The notes: generated by a model from the sequence alone, not told the origin. A stretch of DNA of 64,000 nt from Neocallimastix sp. 'constans' (GCA_050613775.1 JBODTK010000010.1:62001-126000), one strand, 5' to 3'. Counted from the first letter of the stretch, positions 32,237-45,361 are shown. Made by a program: numbers and translations.

Positions 32237-32999
32237 TTTTTTATTTATACTTTAAAGGTTATTTTTATTATTATTATTATTATTATTAAATTCTATATAT
32301 ATATATATATATTTATTTTATTTTATTTTATTAAATAATTCTTAAATTATATGTTTAATATAAATCAAATTATTCATAATTGATTCTATTCATATAATTT
32401 TTTTCTTTTTTTTTTTTTTTTTTTTATTGTTTTGTGATTTATAAAAAAAATGGGTATTATTATCTCTTTATATACATTCCTTAAAATTTAAAGTTTTATT
32501 AACTATTATTTAACTGTCATAAAACTTTTAATAATTATTGACATATTTTGAAAAAAAAAAAAATAATAATAATAAAATTAACAAATTAAATCAAAAATGA
32601 GATATTTTGATTAAATACAGATATTTATTTCATAACTTGTATTTAAATAAAAAAAAATGGATAATAATATATTACAATGTATTACAATAAATATTCATTC
32701 TTCATATTTTATTTATTCATGATACAAAAAAAATGTCATCTTTAAATTAATATCAAACTATTTAAAAATAAAAAATAATAATCTTTAAAAAAAAAAAAAA
32801 AAAAATTTCAAATGTATTTGTGTTACCTAAAAAAGGATAATCTTAATAAATATCAAGCCATATTAAAAAAAAAATAAAATAAAATAAAATATAAAATAAA
32901 AAAAATATAAAATAAAATAAATATAAAATAAAATGATATAATATATAAAATAAAGTTTTATTTTTTTTTAATTTTTCATTCATTTTTTGATTAAGTTTG

Positions 33000-33075
33000 A
33001 ATAATAATGATAAATAATAATAATGATAAATAATAATAATAATAATAAAAAATAATAATAATAGTAATAATAATA

Positions 33076-33160
<85 letters not shown>
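33000..33160. repeat. (AAT)n microsatellite
   Basis: Seen directly. Confidence 0.9.
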
Positions 33161-33163
<3 letters not shown>

Positions 33164-35801
33164 TTGTTTTAATCAGTGATGAAAATAAATGAATAATTTA
33201 ATAGTAAGAATCTCATAAAAAATAATATTTAAATTTTGAATTATTATAAAATAAAATTTTCTTAAGTTTTAAAATATATTAAAATAATATAAAAAAAAAA
33301 AAATAAAAAATTTAATTGGTAAATTATTCTTATTATTATTAATGCTCTAATTATTATTATTATTATCATTATTATCCATTATTATCCATTATTATCCATT
33401 ATTACCATTACTACCATTATCAAAGAGTTATTATATAATTATATATTTACTGATTATTATTATTTTTATATGATTTATTAATAATAATACTAATTATTAT
33501 TATTATTATAATATGAATATTAAAAGAATTTATTTTAGTATTATTTACTATTTTTTTTATTGCTATTATATTACATATTATTGATTATCAATTATCGATT
33601 ATTGATTATTGATTATTTGTTTATTGATTTATCTTATTATTTATTTAATTGTTTGTTTGTTTGTTTGTTTTTATTAAATATATTATTTAGACTCTGACTA
33701 AATGAATTATCCATTGAGAGAAATTTACCCAATAATTAGATAAAAATAGTTAATAGCAATGAAAAGTATTAGAAATATTCTTATTAGAATTGAGATTTCG
33801 ATCCTTTAATAATATCCTTTTATTATTTAAAGTTTTTTTTTTTTTTATTATTGATTAATTGTATAATACAATTATATAAATATTATTTATTACATTTTTA
33901 AGTTTCTTTTAATATAACTATATATTTGGTTGTGTATGTAAGTATACGTACTTTATACATGCGCCATAATACATTTACATAACAATACATATTTGATTAT
34001 TTAATTCATTAATAATATTATATTCTAAGTTATATAATATAGTATCACAATATTAAACTTTATTTCTAACAAAAAGTATATAGAGATTTGTTTAAATGAA
34101 TAATAAATATATATATATATATATTCAAACATAAATATAAAAATATATTCCGTTGTTGAAAATAATAAAAAAAAAATTTTTTTTTTTTTTTGACATTAAG
34201 CATTAAACTTTTTTAACTCTAATTTAATTTAAAAAATAGTTTTATTTATTATTTATTATATAAAATATTTTTTTCATTTTTTTACCATGTTTTGTTATTA
34301 AGTACATCTATAGTTATTATTGTATTATATTAATAATATTTTCATTTGAAATTTTTTTGAAATTTTTTGAAACTTTTTTGTTAATAATAAAATTTATTAA
34401 TAATGAAAAATAAAAAAATTGCGCATACATATAAATATTAAAAACTAATGATGAAGCATATAAAATATAAATAACAATAATACTAAATTTTCTACACTAG
34501 CTATTATATATATATTTTTTTAATAATTAATACATTTTTATTAATATTATACTATGTATTAAGTTCTTAAATTTTCAACATGAATAAATCAAAATTATAT
34601 TTTAATTTAAACATTAATATATATAAAAATAAATATATATAAAAATTTTTTTAAAAAATTATTATTGTTATTAATTTTAATTTATAATTATTATTATTTA
34701 TTATAAATTATAATTATTATTATATATTTATTTATTACTTATTATTTATTTATTATTTATTATTTATTATTTATTATTTATTATTTATTATTTATTATTT
34801 ATTATTTATTATTTATTATTTATTATTTATTATTCAATTATTTATTATTTATTATTTGTATCAGTATTATTTAAAATTTTAAAAGTAAAAAAATTATGAA
34901 AAGTAATAGTAATGTCATAAATTAAATGAAGCTAATTATTTAATAAAAATTTAAATTAATAAAAAGGTTAATGTATATATTTATATGTATATATTTTTTA
35001 TATTTTATTTTATATTTTTAATTATAAAATAAATATTTTAAATATAAAAAAAAAAAAAAAAAAAATACAATTTTAATTAAATAATATCAATAGTAATAGT
35101 ATACTTTAATATTTTTTATTAAATAGATGTATATATTTTATAAATTTATTCATGACTTCTTATAATAAAATTTATATTGACCCTTTTTTTAAAAATAAAT
35201 ATGATGTTTCTAATTATTTTTTTTTTTTTTTTTTAATATTAAAATATAAACCAAATATAAATTTTGTTGTTCGTCGGATGACATATCAAAAAAAAAAAAA
35301 TAAAAAATAAAAAAACTTTAATTTTATTATTAATTAAAAAATATTTAATTTAATAATTAAATTTTTTTTTATATAGTATTTAATTATGAAATTTATAATT
35401 TTAGATACTCATATTAATATCTTTCTGTTATAATAAATTAAGAGAAAGAATTTTTTACTAAATATTTTATATGATACACTTTATAATAATTTATCATATA
35501 AATAAACTTCATATATAATATTCCCCATATCTAAAATAAATATAATGACATCCAAAATTTTAATTGATATATTATTTATTTAAATTTGTTTTAATAATAA
35601 TAATAATTATAATAATAATAATAATCAATTCATTATTTAATATTATTATTTTTTTTTCTTGATTTTATATTAGTTTTTTTTATTTAATTATAATTTTTTA
35701 TTAACTCTTTATTTTTAATTCATTTTTTTTTTTTTACATATATTTAACTCTTGATCAAGTATTTTTATTTCTATTAAATATAAAAAATAATATAAAAAAA
35801 A

Positions 35802-35936
35802 ATGTATAGAAATAACCATTCACAATCAGTAAATGAAAATATTAGAGAAGAACAATTAGATAGATATGATAGCAACTATAGAATATTGATTCTTCAGTCA
35901 AAATGGTAAGAATATTTAAACTTTAAAAAAAGATAT

Positions 35937-35968
<32 letters not shown>

Positions 35969-36596
35969 CGATACAATAAAACTATTATAAAAAAAAATAC
36001 ATCAATAATATAAATAAAAACTAAAAACTAATCATATAACAATATATGTAAATAAATGTTAATATTACGCTTATGAAATAACAAAATATTCATTTAAATA
36101 TATGGATAATATAAAAATTTAATAATTGTTTAAAAAAAAAAAATTGATAAAATAATTTCAAAAAAAAAAAAAAAGGAATTATGATTCTTCTAATGCGCTG
36201 GCAAAAGATGCCTATCTTTCACTGATGAATCATTATCATATTAAAGAAGATTGTATTTGTATATATCAAATTACCCAAGCGATTGATCTTCCATATACTG
36301 CTCAACATCTTATTAATGCTGCAAAAAAAAAAGGTCAACCATTTGATGTTGTAATATGTATAGGTGTAATTGTATCTCGCTTTGAACAAATGGGTGATAC
36401 AATCAATCAAAATTTAATGAAAATTACATTAGAAACGGATACTCCAATTATCAGTGGAATTTTATCAAGTAAAACCAATGGAAATATGGAATTATTTTAT
36501 GATAATGGAAAACGATATGATTTAACAAATCTTGGTAATTATTGGGCAAAAGTAGCTATTGAAATGGCGAAAGTCCATTCAACTCAACGTATTTAA
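35802..36596 (+). CDS. Lumazine synthase (RibH/Rib4, DMRL synthase)-fold protein, 2 exons (35802-35905, 36176-36596), ~174 aa, with degenerate active-site motifs
   Basis: The spliced product ...YRILILQSKWNYDSSNALAKDA...YQITQAIDLPYTAQHLI..KKGQPFDVVICIGVIVSRFEQMGDTINQNLMKI..TPIISGIL..NLGNYWAKVAIEMA follows the fungal Rib4 pattern (RIxIvhaRWN; ELPw; PxDVVIxIGVL; PVIFGLL; NHGEDWGxAAVEMA). Donor TG|gtaag, acceptor aag|G. Confidence 0.85.
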
Positions 36597-37426
36597 TTTT
36601 TTTTTTTTTCTTTTTTCTTTTTTATTATTATTTTATTTTAATAACAGGAAATATAAATTATACAATAAAATTAAAAGTAAATAATTAATTATATCAATAT
36701 ATATATATATTGTAATAAATATTACATATAAAAAACATATCAAAAACAATAGATAATAATATAAATAATTTATTAGAATTTTAAATCTAAAAAGGAATAA
36801 ATTTTGTATTATTTTATTATTTTATACTTTTCTTTTATAATAATTAAATATATATATATATATTTATATTTTATAATAAAGCATAATTAATTTATAATAA
36901 TTACATAAAAATATTTTTAAATTTATTTATTACTGAATTATTTAAAATACAAAAAAAAAATCAAAAATATCTGCCTTAATAACATTTTTTAGCATCTTTA
37001 ATAATAATAATAAAATCACTAATTAGATTCATATAATCCATATAAATATTATAATTCCATATTAAAAAAAAAAATTCTTTGAATATTTCTTTTTTTTTTT
37101 TTTTTCTAAATCTATTTTTTACTTTTTCGTCATTTTAAATTTGGAAAAATGATCACTACTAATATGGATATAAATATTCATTCATATCTTTATAATTGAT
37201 ATTTAAACTACTATCTTTTCAATAAATTAATAACCTTTTTAATTTTTTATTTTCTTTTTTTATTTTTAAAAATATTTTTACAATTTTTTTCTTTTTTTCA
37301 ATTTATTTATTAAGATATAGATGGAGAGGAAGAATATTTTGAAATGAAAGATGATGGATGAAATAAAACATTTTTAAAAAAATTTTTTTTTTATCTTCCA
37401 ATATTTTAGAATAATCTAATATAGAA

Positions 37427-37484
<58 letters not shown>

Positions 37485-37498
37485 TATTATTATTATTA

Positions 37499-37575
<77 letters not shown>

Positions 37576-37594
37576 TATTATTATTATTATTACT

Positions 37595-37770
37595 TATTGT
37601 GAAATCAATCATATATTCCAATTTTAACTTTTTGAAATGTCCTTTAATTCTAAAGAATAAATAAGTGAGTGTTGTATTCCTCTCATTATCTTGATGATTT
37701 ATTTTTATATTATATTTTAATAATTTTATAAATAAATTCTGACATTTAAATCTATCTGCAATAATTAATG

Positions 37771-37805
<35 letters not shown>

Positions 37806-38500
37806 ATTAACGTTATTAATACAAGTTGGAATTTTTTTTTACTATCATTTTATTTGATTAGTATTGGCTGGGTTATAGAGCATTAAATAGGAATTACTTC
37901 AAAAAAAAAAAAATAACATTTTTACAACAATATAGATATTGGAGTTTCCACTATTTTTATTATTAATTTTTGATTAATATTTTATTTTAATATCCCAATA
38001 AAATTTCTAAAAAAATTCTATATTTCTAATGAGTAAAATTAAAGTATCTTAATCATCTTTATTTAAAAAATTCAAACTAATTGATCTCTGAAAAATATAA
38101 AATGTTCCGTTCCAAATATTAAAGAAGGTTTTTTTTTTTTTGAAGCATACCTTAAAGCCAATATTCCATCTCCGTTTTGAACGAGTAAGTTTATATTCAT
38201 TGACAGAAGCCATTTAACAGTATTTCTACTTTCAACTTTTTTTACAAGCTTTAATTAATACCTCACTATCTTTTAAAACAGAAGATATTACCATCAAAAA
38301 TATTTATGCTTTAAAATTTCTTCAATTAAAAATTAAATTTATCCATATTCTGAAGAATAGTGTTATTAATTTCTAAAACAAAATATATTTGAATCGATTT
38401 TCAGTTTTACTTTTAACATTTTTTTAATTAAATTTTCTTTTTTTCTACAATTCATAAATACATTCCTTATTATTCTCTCTTTACTTCATGTAATAGATTC
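37595..38500 (-). pseudogene. Ankyrin-repeat protein pseudogene
   Basis: Minus-strand fragments VLKDSEVLIKACK, TVKWLLSMNINLLVQNGDGILALRYAS and ALIIADRFKCQNLFIKLLKYNIKINHQDNERNTTL are ankyrin-like, interrupted by stops, frameshifts and homopolymers. Confidence 0.7.
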
Positions 38501-38914
38501 ACTTTATAAATTTTTAACTATTAAATTATATATACATCTTATTATTTTTCTTCTTTTCAAAAATAACAAATTTATTTTCATGATATATATGTGATTTATT
38601 TTTAATATTATATAATAAAAAAAAAAAAAAAGTATAATTAATAATTAATATATGTATATATAATAAAATTAATAATTTAATGTCTTCAATATGTAAATTA
38701 TATAAAATTTTAATAAATATTTAGTTTTATTATTAAATTAAATTAAAATTTAAATTTTTATAATTACTTATTTCTTATTTATAGTAACACGTGTAATTTG
38801 AAATAGAATATTTCAGAATTTTCTATATTAATTTTTTTATTAAATCTTTTTTTATTTATTTATATTTATTTATATTTATTTATTTATTTATCTATTTATT
38901 TATTTATTTATCTT

Positions 38915-38953
<39 letters not shown>

Positions 38954-39366
38954 TCTTTTATTTTTTTATTAATAAATAAATATTAAAAAAAAAAAAAAAA
39001 AAAAAAAGTACAGTACTTTGAACCTACTTAACAGTATTAAAAGTTAGTATATAAAGCATATTTTGTTATGATGATAATAATATTTTATTTTAATATATTT
39101 TATTAATTTAATCAAAATCTTCTAAATAAATCTAAAAAAAAAAAAAAAAAAAAATCTGATCATAATCAACATTATTATTTGAAAAAACAAATAGCAATTA
39201 ATAAAATATTAATATATATATATTGTAGAAATTCATTTTCATATTACTGATATTGATATAAAAGTATTACTATTTTATTATTTTTACTATGATTTTCACT
39301 ATGATTATTATTATATTTTTTTAAAAAACTTTTAGAAAAATATAAATAAATAATGACAATATATTT

Positions 39367-39403
<37 letters not shown>

Positions 39404-39645
39404 TTTACAATTTCAAATATTTTCTCTTTAATAATAAAAATATAAAAATAAAAATAAAAATTTTTTTTTTTTTTTGGTAGTTTTATTTTCATAAAATTAA
39501 TCTTCTTTTATTAATAAATTAACTAATAATTTATTATAATAAAACATTAATTATAAACTTATTTTTAATTAATTTTTATTATTTATTTTTATTTTGTGAT
39601 ATAAAAAAATAATTAATAAAAATTTTATTATAAAGTTATTATTTT

Positions 39646-39920
39646 AATGATTATTATTTACTAAACTTTTAATAAAAATATTTATATTTATTATTTAAAC
39701 CCAATTTTTTATTATTCATATATTATAATAATTATTATTATTATTATTATTATTTCTATAATTATTATTATTAACAAGAATGTTTAATGATTACTATTTA
39801 CTAAACTTTTAATAAAAATATTTATATTTATTATTTAAACCCAATTTTTTATTATTCATATATTATAATAATTATTATTATTATTATTATTTCTATAATT
39901 ATTATTATTAACAAGAATGT
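39646..39920. repeat. ~137-bp tandem duplication
   Basis: aatgatta(t/c)tatttactaaacttttaataaaaatatttatatttattatttaaacccaatttttt...ttaacaagaatgttt occurs twice. Confidence 0.88.
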
Positions 39921-40007
39921 TTTTAATCCTGAAATTAAATTGTTAAAAAAGTTTTAAATATTTCGTTAAAATAAATTTTTTTTTTATTCAGTATGGTCAT
40001 AAAACCA

Positions 40008-40059
<52 letters not shown>

Positions 40060-40139
40060 TATAGTCTTTGGATTTTATTAAAATGGTTTTAAAAAAAAAA
40101 GTACCAAAATAAAGAATTACATACTACCCCCTTTGAATG

Positions 40140-40421
40140 ATAACTACTATTTGAATAAAAAAAAAGAACTTGTTCACTATTATCTAACCAACAATCATTA
40201 TCACCAATACAATAAACATGGTAAAACCATAACGCTATGAATTTAGCAAGACAAGTCATGAAAAGCATTAAATGAACACTTGATTGGTCTATTTTTTTGA
40301 TTACTTTGAAATTTAATAATCAAGTTTTAAGTAATGTAAATTTCAAGTCCTAGCTTATAGTGTAAAAAATTATTTTAATTATTAATTTTTTTATTAACAT
40401 AAATTGGTTCAGATCGAACTC
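40140..40421 (-). pseudogene. Decayed fragment of a GH10 xylanase (paralogue of the 43166-45361 gene)
   Basis: ttgttcactattatctaaccaacaatcattatcaccaatac...ttagcaagacaag...gtaatgtaaatttcaagtcctag aligns colinearly with 44430-44685 (ttgttcattagcccctaaccaactatcattatcaccaacac...ttagcaagacaag...gtaatgtgaacttcaagtcctaa). Confidence 0.85.
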
Positions 40422-40639
40422 TTTCTCTCTCTCTCTCCCCTTCTTCTATAAGATATTTCTATGACCATTATTTAATATGTTATGATGATGAATGTACTAA
40501 AATAAAAAATAAAGAATAAAAAATAAAAAATAAAAAATAAAAAATAAAAAAATAAAAAATAAAAAAATAAAAAATAAAAAATAAAAAATAAAAAAATAAA
40601 AAATAAAAAATAAAAAATAAAAAATAAAAAATAAAAAAT

Positions 40640-40676
<37 letters not shown>

Positions 40677-41489
40677 AAATAAAAAATAAAAAATAAAAAA
40701 TAAAAAATATATATATCAGAAGATTTAAACTCTACTATTAATTTATTTGCAAATAAAAAATAAAAAATATAAATTTTAAAATATAAAAAAAAAAAAAAAA
40801 AAAAAAAGTATCAAAAGATTTAAACGCTACCATTAATTTATTTTCCTATTATTCATCTAAAAAGTACAACAAAAAAAGATACCAATATATATTCATTCTT
40901 TTTTATGAGGAAGATGATTAACTTTTTAAAGTTTTTTTTTTTAAAAAAAAAAAAGATCAAAAAACTAAATTATATATAAATTTTGACTTTGAATATCATT
41001 TTTATCTTTAGAGAAAAAAATTTTTTTTTTATATTTAGTAAATCTTTTATAAGTAGTTTAGAAGGCAAAATTTCAACTAAATTCTTATACCTCAATACCA
41101 ACTGTTCATTTAATGTTACACTATTGTATAAATACTACTACATTTCACTTTCGAATATTTTGTGCACTTCGGTACTAGACCCTTTTTCCACGATATATGC
41201 TACTTACTTAACCGAGCATCATGACGACTACGCTCCATATGTCTCACAATTAGCTTCGCATAACTTAGCTCCAATAAGAAATATTTTAATTCTCATAAGG
41301 ATCTTTTTTTTTTTATTAACTTAATACATTAAGTGTTGAATAAGAATATCAATGAAGATAAAATAATCATTATAGATATTAATTATAATAAATAATAAAT
41401 TGAAAGAATGAATTGATGAAAAGAAGAAAAAATATATATATTATAAAATAATTAAAATAGATGTAAAAAATTTAAAAAAAATATTAAAT

Positions 41490-42335
41490 AAATAGTTGAT
41501 ATATAAATATAAAGTACAGATTGAATAAAATAAAATAAAATAAAATTAAATAAAATAAAATAAAATAAAAATAAATAAAATAAAATAAAATAAAATAAAA
41601 TATAATAAAATAAATAGTAGAATATATATGTAAAGTACAGAGATTGAATAAAATAAAATAAATAAAATAAATAGTTGAAATATAAAATATAGATTGAATA
41701 AAATAAAATAAATAATTGAAATATAAATATAAAGTACAGATTGAATAAAATAAAATAAAATAAAGTAAAATAAAATAAAATTAAATAAAATAAAATAAAA
41801 TAAGATAAATAGTTGAAATATAAAGTATAGATTGAATAAATTAAAATAGGATAAATAATTGAAATATAAATACAAAGTACAGATTGAATAAAACAAAATA
41901 AAATAAAATAAATAGTAGAATATGAATATAGAGTACAGATTGAATAAAATAAAATAAAATAAAGTAAAATAAAATAAAATTAAATAAAATAAAATAAAAT
42001 AAATAGTTGAAATATAAAGTATAGATTGAATAAATTAAAATAAAATAAATAATTGAAATATAAATATAAAGTGCAGATTGAATAAAATAAAATAAAATAA
42101 ATAATTGAAATATAAATATAAAGTGCAGATTGAATAAAATAAAATAAAATAAATAGTAGAATATGAATATAAGGTACAGATTGAATAAAATAAAATAAAT
42201 AGTAGAATATCAATATAAGGTACAGATTGAATAAAATAAAATAAATAGTAGAATATGAATATAAAGTACAGATTGAATAAAACAAATAAATTTAAATAGT
42301 TGAAAAATAAATAGATTGAATAAAATAAAATAATT
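41490..42335. repeat. Minisatellite of ~45-65-bp units with core AAAGTACAGATTGAATAAAATAAAA
   Basis: About 15 units with two alternating spacer variants (TAGTTGAAATATAAA / TAGTAGAATATGAAT). One inverted unit lies at ~18390-18440. Confidence 0.88.
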
Positions 42336-43165
42336 TAATTTAAATTAAATTATATATTAAATTATATTAACAAATTTAGTAATTAAAAAAATTAAAAATG
42401 GGAAGATAAGAGCTTATCTTTAAAGAAAAATTTTTTAAAAAAAAAAAAATTAGAATTAAAAAATTAAATTAGTCATCCGTTCCCAATATATAATTTTGAA
42501 GATAAAAAGTACTGAAAGCTTTAAAAATGAAAAAAAAAATGATTTAACTAAAAGATATATTCTATTAAAAATTAAACATATATTTTCATTTAGAAAATCT
42601 TATAACCTTTTTTTTTTTTTAATTTATTATTGTTGCTGTTGATTTAATATAATTTAATTTCAAATAAATAATTATATATAGGTTTTAAAAATATAAATAA
42701 TAACATCATCAAAATATATGTATATAAAAGTTAAAAAATAAGTATTAAATAATAATGGATATTATATTTAATGTTTAGTTATTGTAACAAGTAACAATAT
42801 AAAAAAATGATAATCACTTTAAATAAAAAATAACAAATAAATAAAATAAAATAAATAAACAATACATTTATTTTTAAATTTATTTTATTTAACATATATC
42901 ATATATAAAAAAATTTACAAAATTTTAAAATTTATAATAATAAAATTTAATTAAAGAAATATTAATATACTTTACTGTAATTAGGAATGTTTTATGAAAA
43001 TAAAAAAAAAATAAAAAAAAAATATACAAATATATATTATTTATATTAGAACGAAAAACAAAGAAAAAGGAAAAAAAAAAAAAAAAATTCTTTTATTTTT
43101 CATAAAAAAATTAATTAAAATAAAATCTATAATTCTTATTCTTTATTATACAAAAATCCCTCCAC

Positions 43166-45361
43166 TTAGACACATTGATGGTACCATTCATTGAATTGTA
43201 TACAAGTAGAACCGGATTGACAACATTTTGGACCTTGGTAGTTAATACCACCACATTGGCCCCACTTAGCAACACAGTTTGAATCATTAGTAGGTTCACT
43301 ATTGGCTGTAACTGTAACTGTAACTGTAACTGTTGTTGGAACACAGTTTCCATTGTTACCACCATTACCGCCACCATTTGGAAGAGTCTTAGTTTTATTA
43401 CCAAGATCTTTTGGTATAGTTTTAGTTTTGCTGGTGAGATTTGGAAGGGTTTTAGTCTTACTACCAAGTCCTTTTGGTATAGTTTTAGTTTTGCTGGTGA
43501 GATTTGGAAGGGTTTTTGTCTTACTACCAAGTCCTTTTGGTATAGTTTTAGTTTTGCTGGTGAGGTTTGGAAGGGTTTTTGTCTTACTACCAAGTCCTTT
43601 TGGTATAGTTTTAGTTTTGCTGGTGAGATTTGGAAGGGTTTTAGTCTTACTACCAAGTCCTTTTGGTATAGTTTTAGTTTTGCTGGTGAGATTTGGAAGG
43701 GTTTTTGTCTTACTACCAAGACCATTTGGTATAGTCTTAGCTTCGCCAGAAAGGTTTGGAAGAGTCTTGGTCTTTGAAACGAGATTTGCAGGAATAGTTT
43801 TGGTTTTCTTTGTAATATTTGGAAGAGTCTTGGTCTTCGAAACAAGATTTGCAGGAATAGTTTTGGTTTTCTTTGTTATATTTGGAAGAGTCTTGGTCTT
43901 CGAAACAAGATTTGCAGGAATAGTTTTAGTTTTATTTGGAAGAGTTTTAGTCTTTGAACCAGCTGGAAGAACCTTAGATCCATTAGAATTTTGTGTTTGT
44001 GGAAGAGTCTTAGTTCTAGCTGGAAGAGTCTTAGTTTTACCAGTATTCTTGGTAAGAAGACTTTCTGGAATAGTTTTAGTTTTCGAAAGAAGTGATTGTG
44101 GTACAGTTTTGGTTCTTTTAACAGATGAAGGAAGTACCTTTGTTTTTGGAATACTAGTATCTTTTGGAATAGTTTTAGTTTTTTTGACAAGATTACCTGG
44201 GATTGTCTTAGTACTAGAAATAAGTTCTGCTGGAATTGTTTTAGTTCTTAGAAGACTTGCTGGAATAGTCTTTGTTCTAACTTTTGGAACGGTTTTAGTT
44301 TTTCCGGTCTTTGGTGGATTACCTGATGAATTATTATTGGAAGCATTATTAGAGGTATTATTTGAAGCTGGTCTAGCACTACTTTTTAATACATTGAGAA
44401 GAGAAGTATAAACTGGTTTTGGTTGGTAATTACCATTGAATAAAAGAGCTTGTTCATTAGCCCCTAACCAACTATCATTATCACCAACACCCCAAACAAG
44501 GAAAGCCTTACAACATGAATTAGCAAGACAAGCCTTTAATGCATTCGTGAAAGCTTGAGTTTGACCATTTTGATTACCTTCTAATTTAACATCAAGTTCA
44601 GTAATGTGAACTTCAAGTCCTAATTTACAGTAGCGACCAATTAAATTATTAATTTTATCGTAGGATGGTTGAGATCTAGCTCCAACATGGTACTGTAAAC
44701 CAATACCATCAATTGGAATATTACGTTTCTTTAAATCAGCAACGAAATTATAAATAGATTCCGACTTTGGATATTGACCTTCTGCATTATAATCATTGTA
44801 GAAAAGTTTAGTATTTGGTGAAACCTTACGAGCAGTTTGAAAAGCAATATCAACAAAGTTTGGTACTTTATTGTAGAGGAATGATCTACGCATACTAAAA
44901 CCATTACCGTTAGAACCATCATCGATAGCTTCATTTACTACATCCCAAACCTTAATTTTACCTTCGTAGTGTTGTAAAGTTTTAGTGATGTGATCAACAA
45001 TAGCATTTTTTAAGGTATTAGCATCAGCATTTTGAAACCAAGATGGTTGATGGGCATGCCAAATAAGGCAGTGACCACGGAATTCCATACCTAATTCTTT
45101 AGCCTTTTTATAGTGATTATCACAACCATTGAAATTGTAAACACCCTTTTGCTGTTGAATTCCTGAAAGTTTACAATCATTTTCAGCCACCATCATATTG
45201 AAAGCCTTCATAGCGTTAACATAGTTACTATTACTAAATCTCATAGAGGCAGCTGCTACACCGATCTTTAAATCTCCTGCATAATCCTTTAATAATTCAT
45301 ATGCGTTAGCCGAAGCAACAAAAGTTGACAATAAAATTTTATTAATTGAATTAAATTTCAT
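43166..45361 (-). CDS. xynB: Secreted GH10 endo-1,4-beta-xylanase + ~30x KTKT(I/L)P repeat linker + C-terminal CBM1 (XynB-like)
   Basis: Signal peptide; GH10 motifs RGHCLIWH, WDVVNEA (acid/base Glu), YNDYN, IDGIGLQYH and HITELD (nucleophile Glu); CBM1 WGQCGGINYQGPKCCQSGSTCIQFNEWYHQCV. Intronless. The architecture recalls Neocallimastix patriciarum xylanase B. Confidence 0.95.
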   Translation of the reverse strand: MKFNSINKILLSTFVASANAYELLKDYAGDLKIGVAAASMRFSNSNYVNAMKAFNMMVAENDCKLSGIQQQKGVYNFNGCDNHYKKAKELGMEFRGHCLIWHAHQPSWFQNADANTLKNAIVDHITKTLQHYEGKIKVWDVVNEAIDDGSNGNGFSMRRSFLYNKVPNFVDIAFQTARKVSPNTKLFYNDYNAEGQYPKSESIYNFVADLKKRNIPIDGIGLQYHVGARSQPSYDKINNLIGRYCKLGLEVHITELDVKLEGNQNGQTQAFTNALKACLANSCCKAFLVWGVGDNDSWLGANEQALLFNGNYQPKPVYTSLLNVLKSSARPASNNTSNNASNNNSSGNPPKTGKTKTVPKVRTKTIPASLLRTKTIPAELISSTKTIPGNLVKKTKTIPKDTSIPKTKVLPSSVKRTKTVPQSLLSKTKTIPESLLTKNTGKTKTLPARTKTLPQTQNSNGSKVLPAGSKTKTLPNKTKTIPANLVSKTKTLPNITKKTKTIPANLVSKTKTLPNITKKTKTIPANLVSKTKTLPNLSGEAKTIPNGLGSKTKTLPNLTSKTKTIPKGLGSKTKTLPNLTSKTKTIPKGLGSKTKTLPNLTSKTKTIPKGLGSKTKTLPNLTSKTKTIPKGLGSKTKTLPNLTSKTKTIPKDLGNKTKTLPNGGGNGGNNGNCVPTTVTVTVTVTANSEPTNDSNCVAKWGQCGGINYQGPKCCQSGSTCIQFNEWYHQCV

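Noticed and set aside
41490..42335. CRISPR-like repeat/spacer array
   Set aside because: The spacers are not unique (two recurring variants plus AAAAT runs), there are no cas genes, and the context is eukaryotic.
42404..42421. Palindrome AAGATAAG-ag-CTTATCTT as a terminator or Helitron end
   Set aside because: An isolated AT-rich 8-bp stem with no supporting terminal motif, expected by chance.
43111..44411. Overlapping 369-aa antisense ORF and 244-aa alternative-frame ORF
   Set aside because: These are by-products of the stop-free repetitive xylanase linker.
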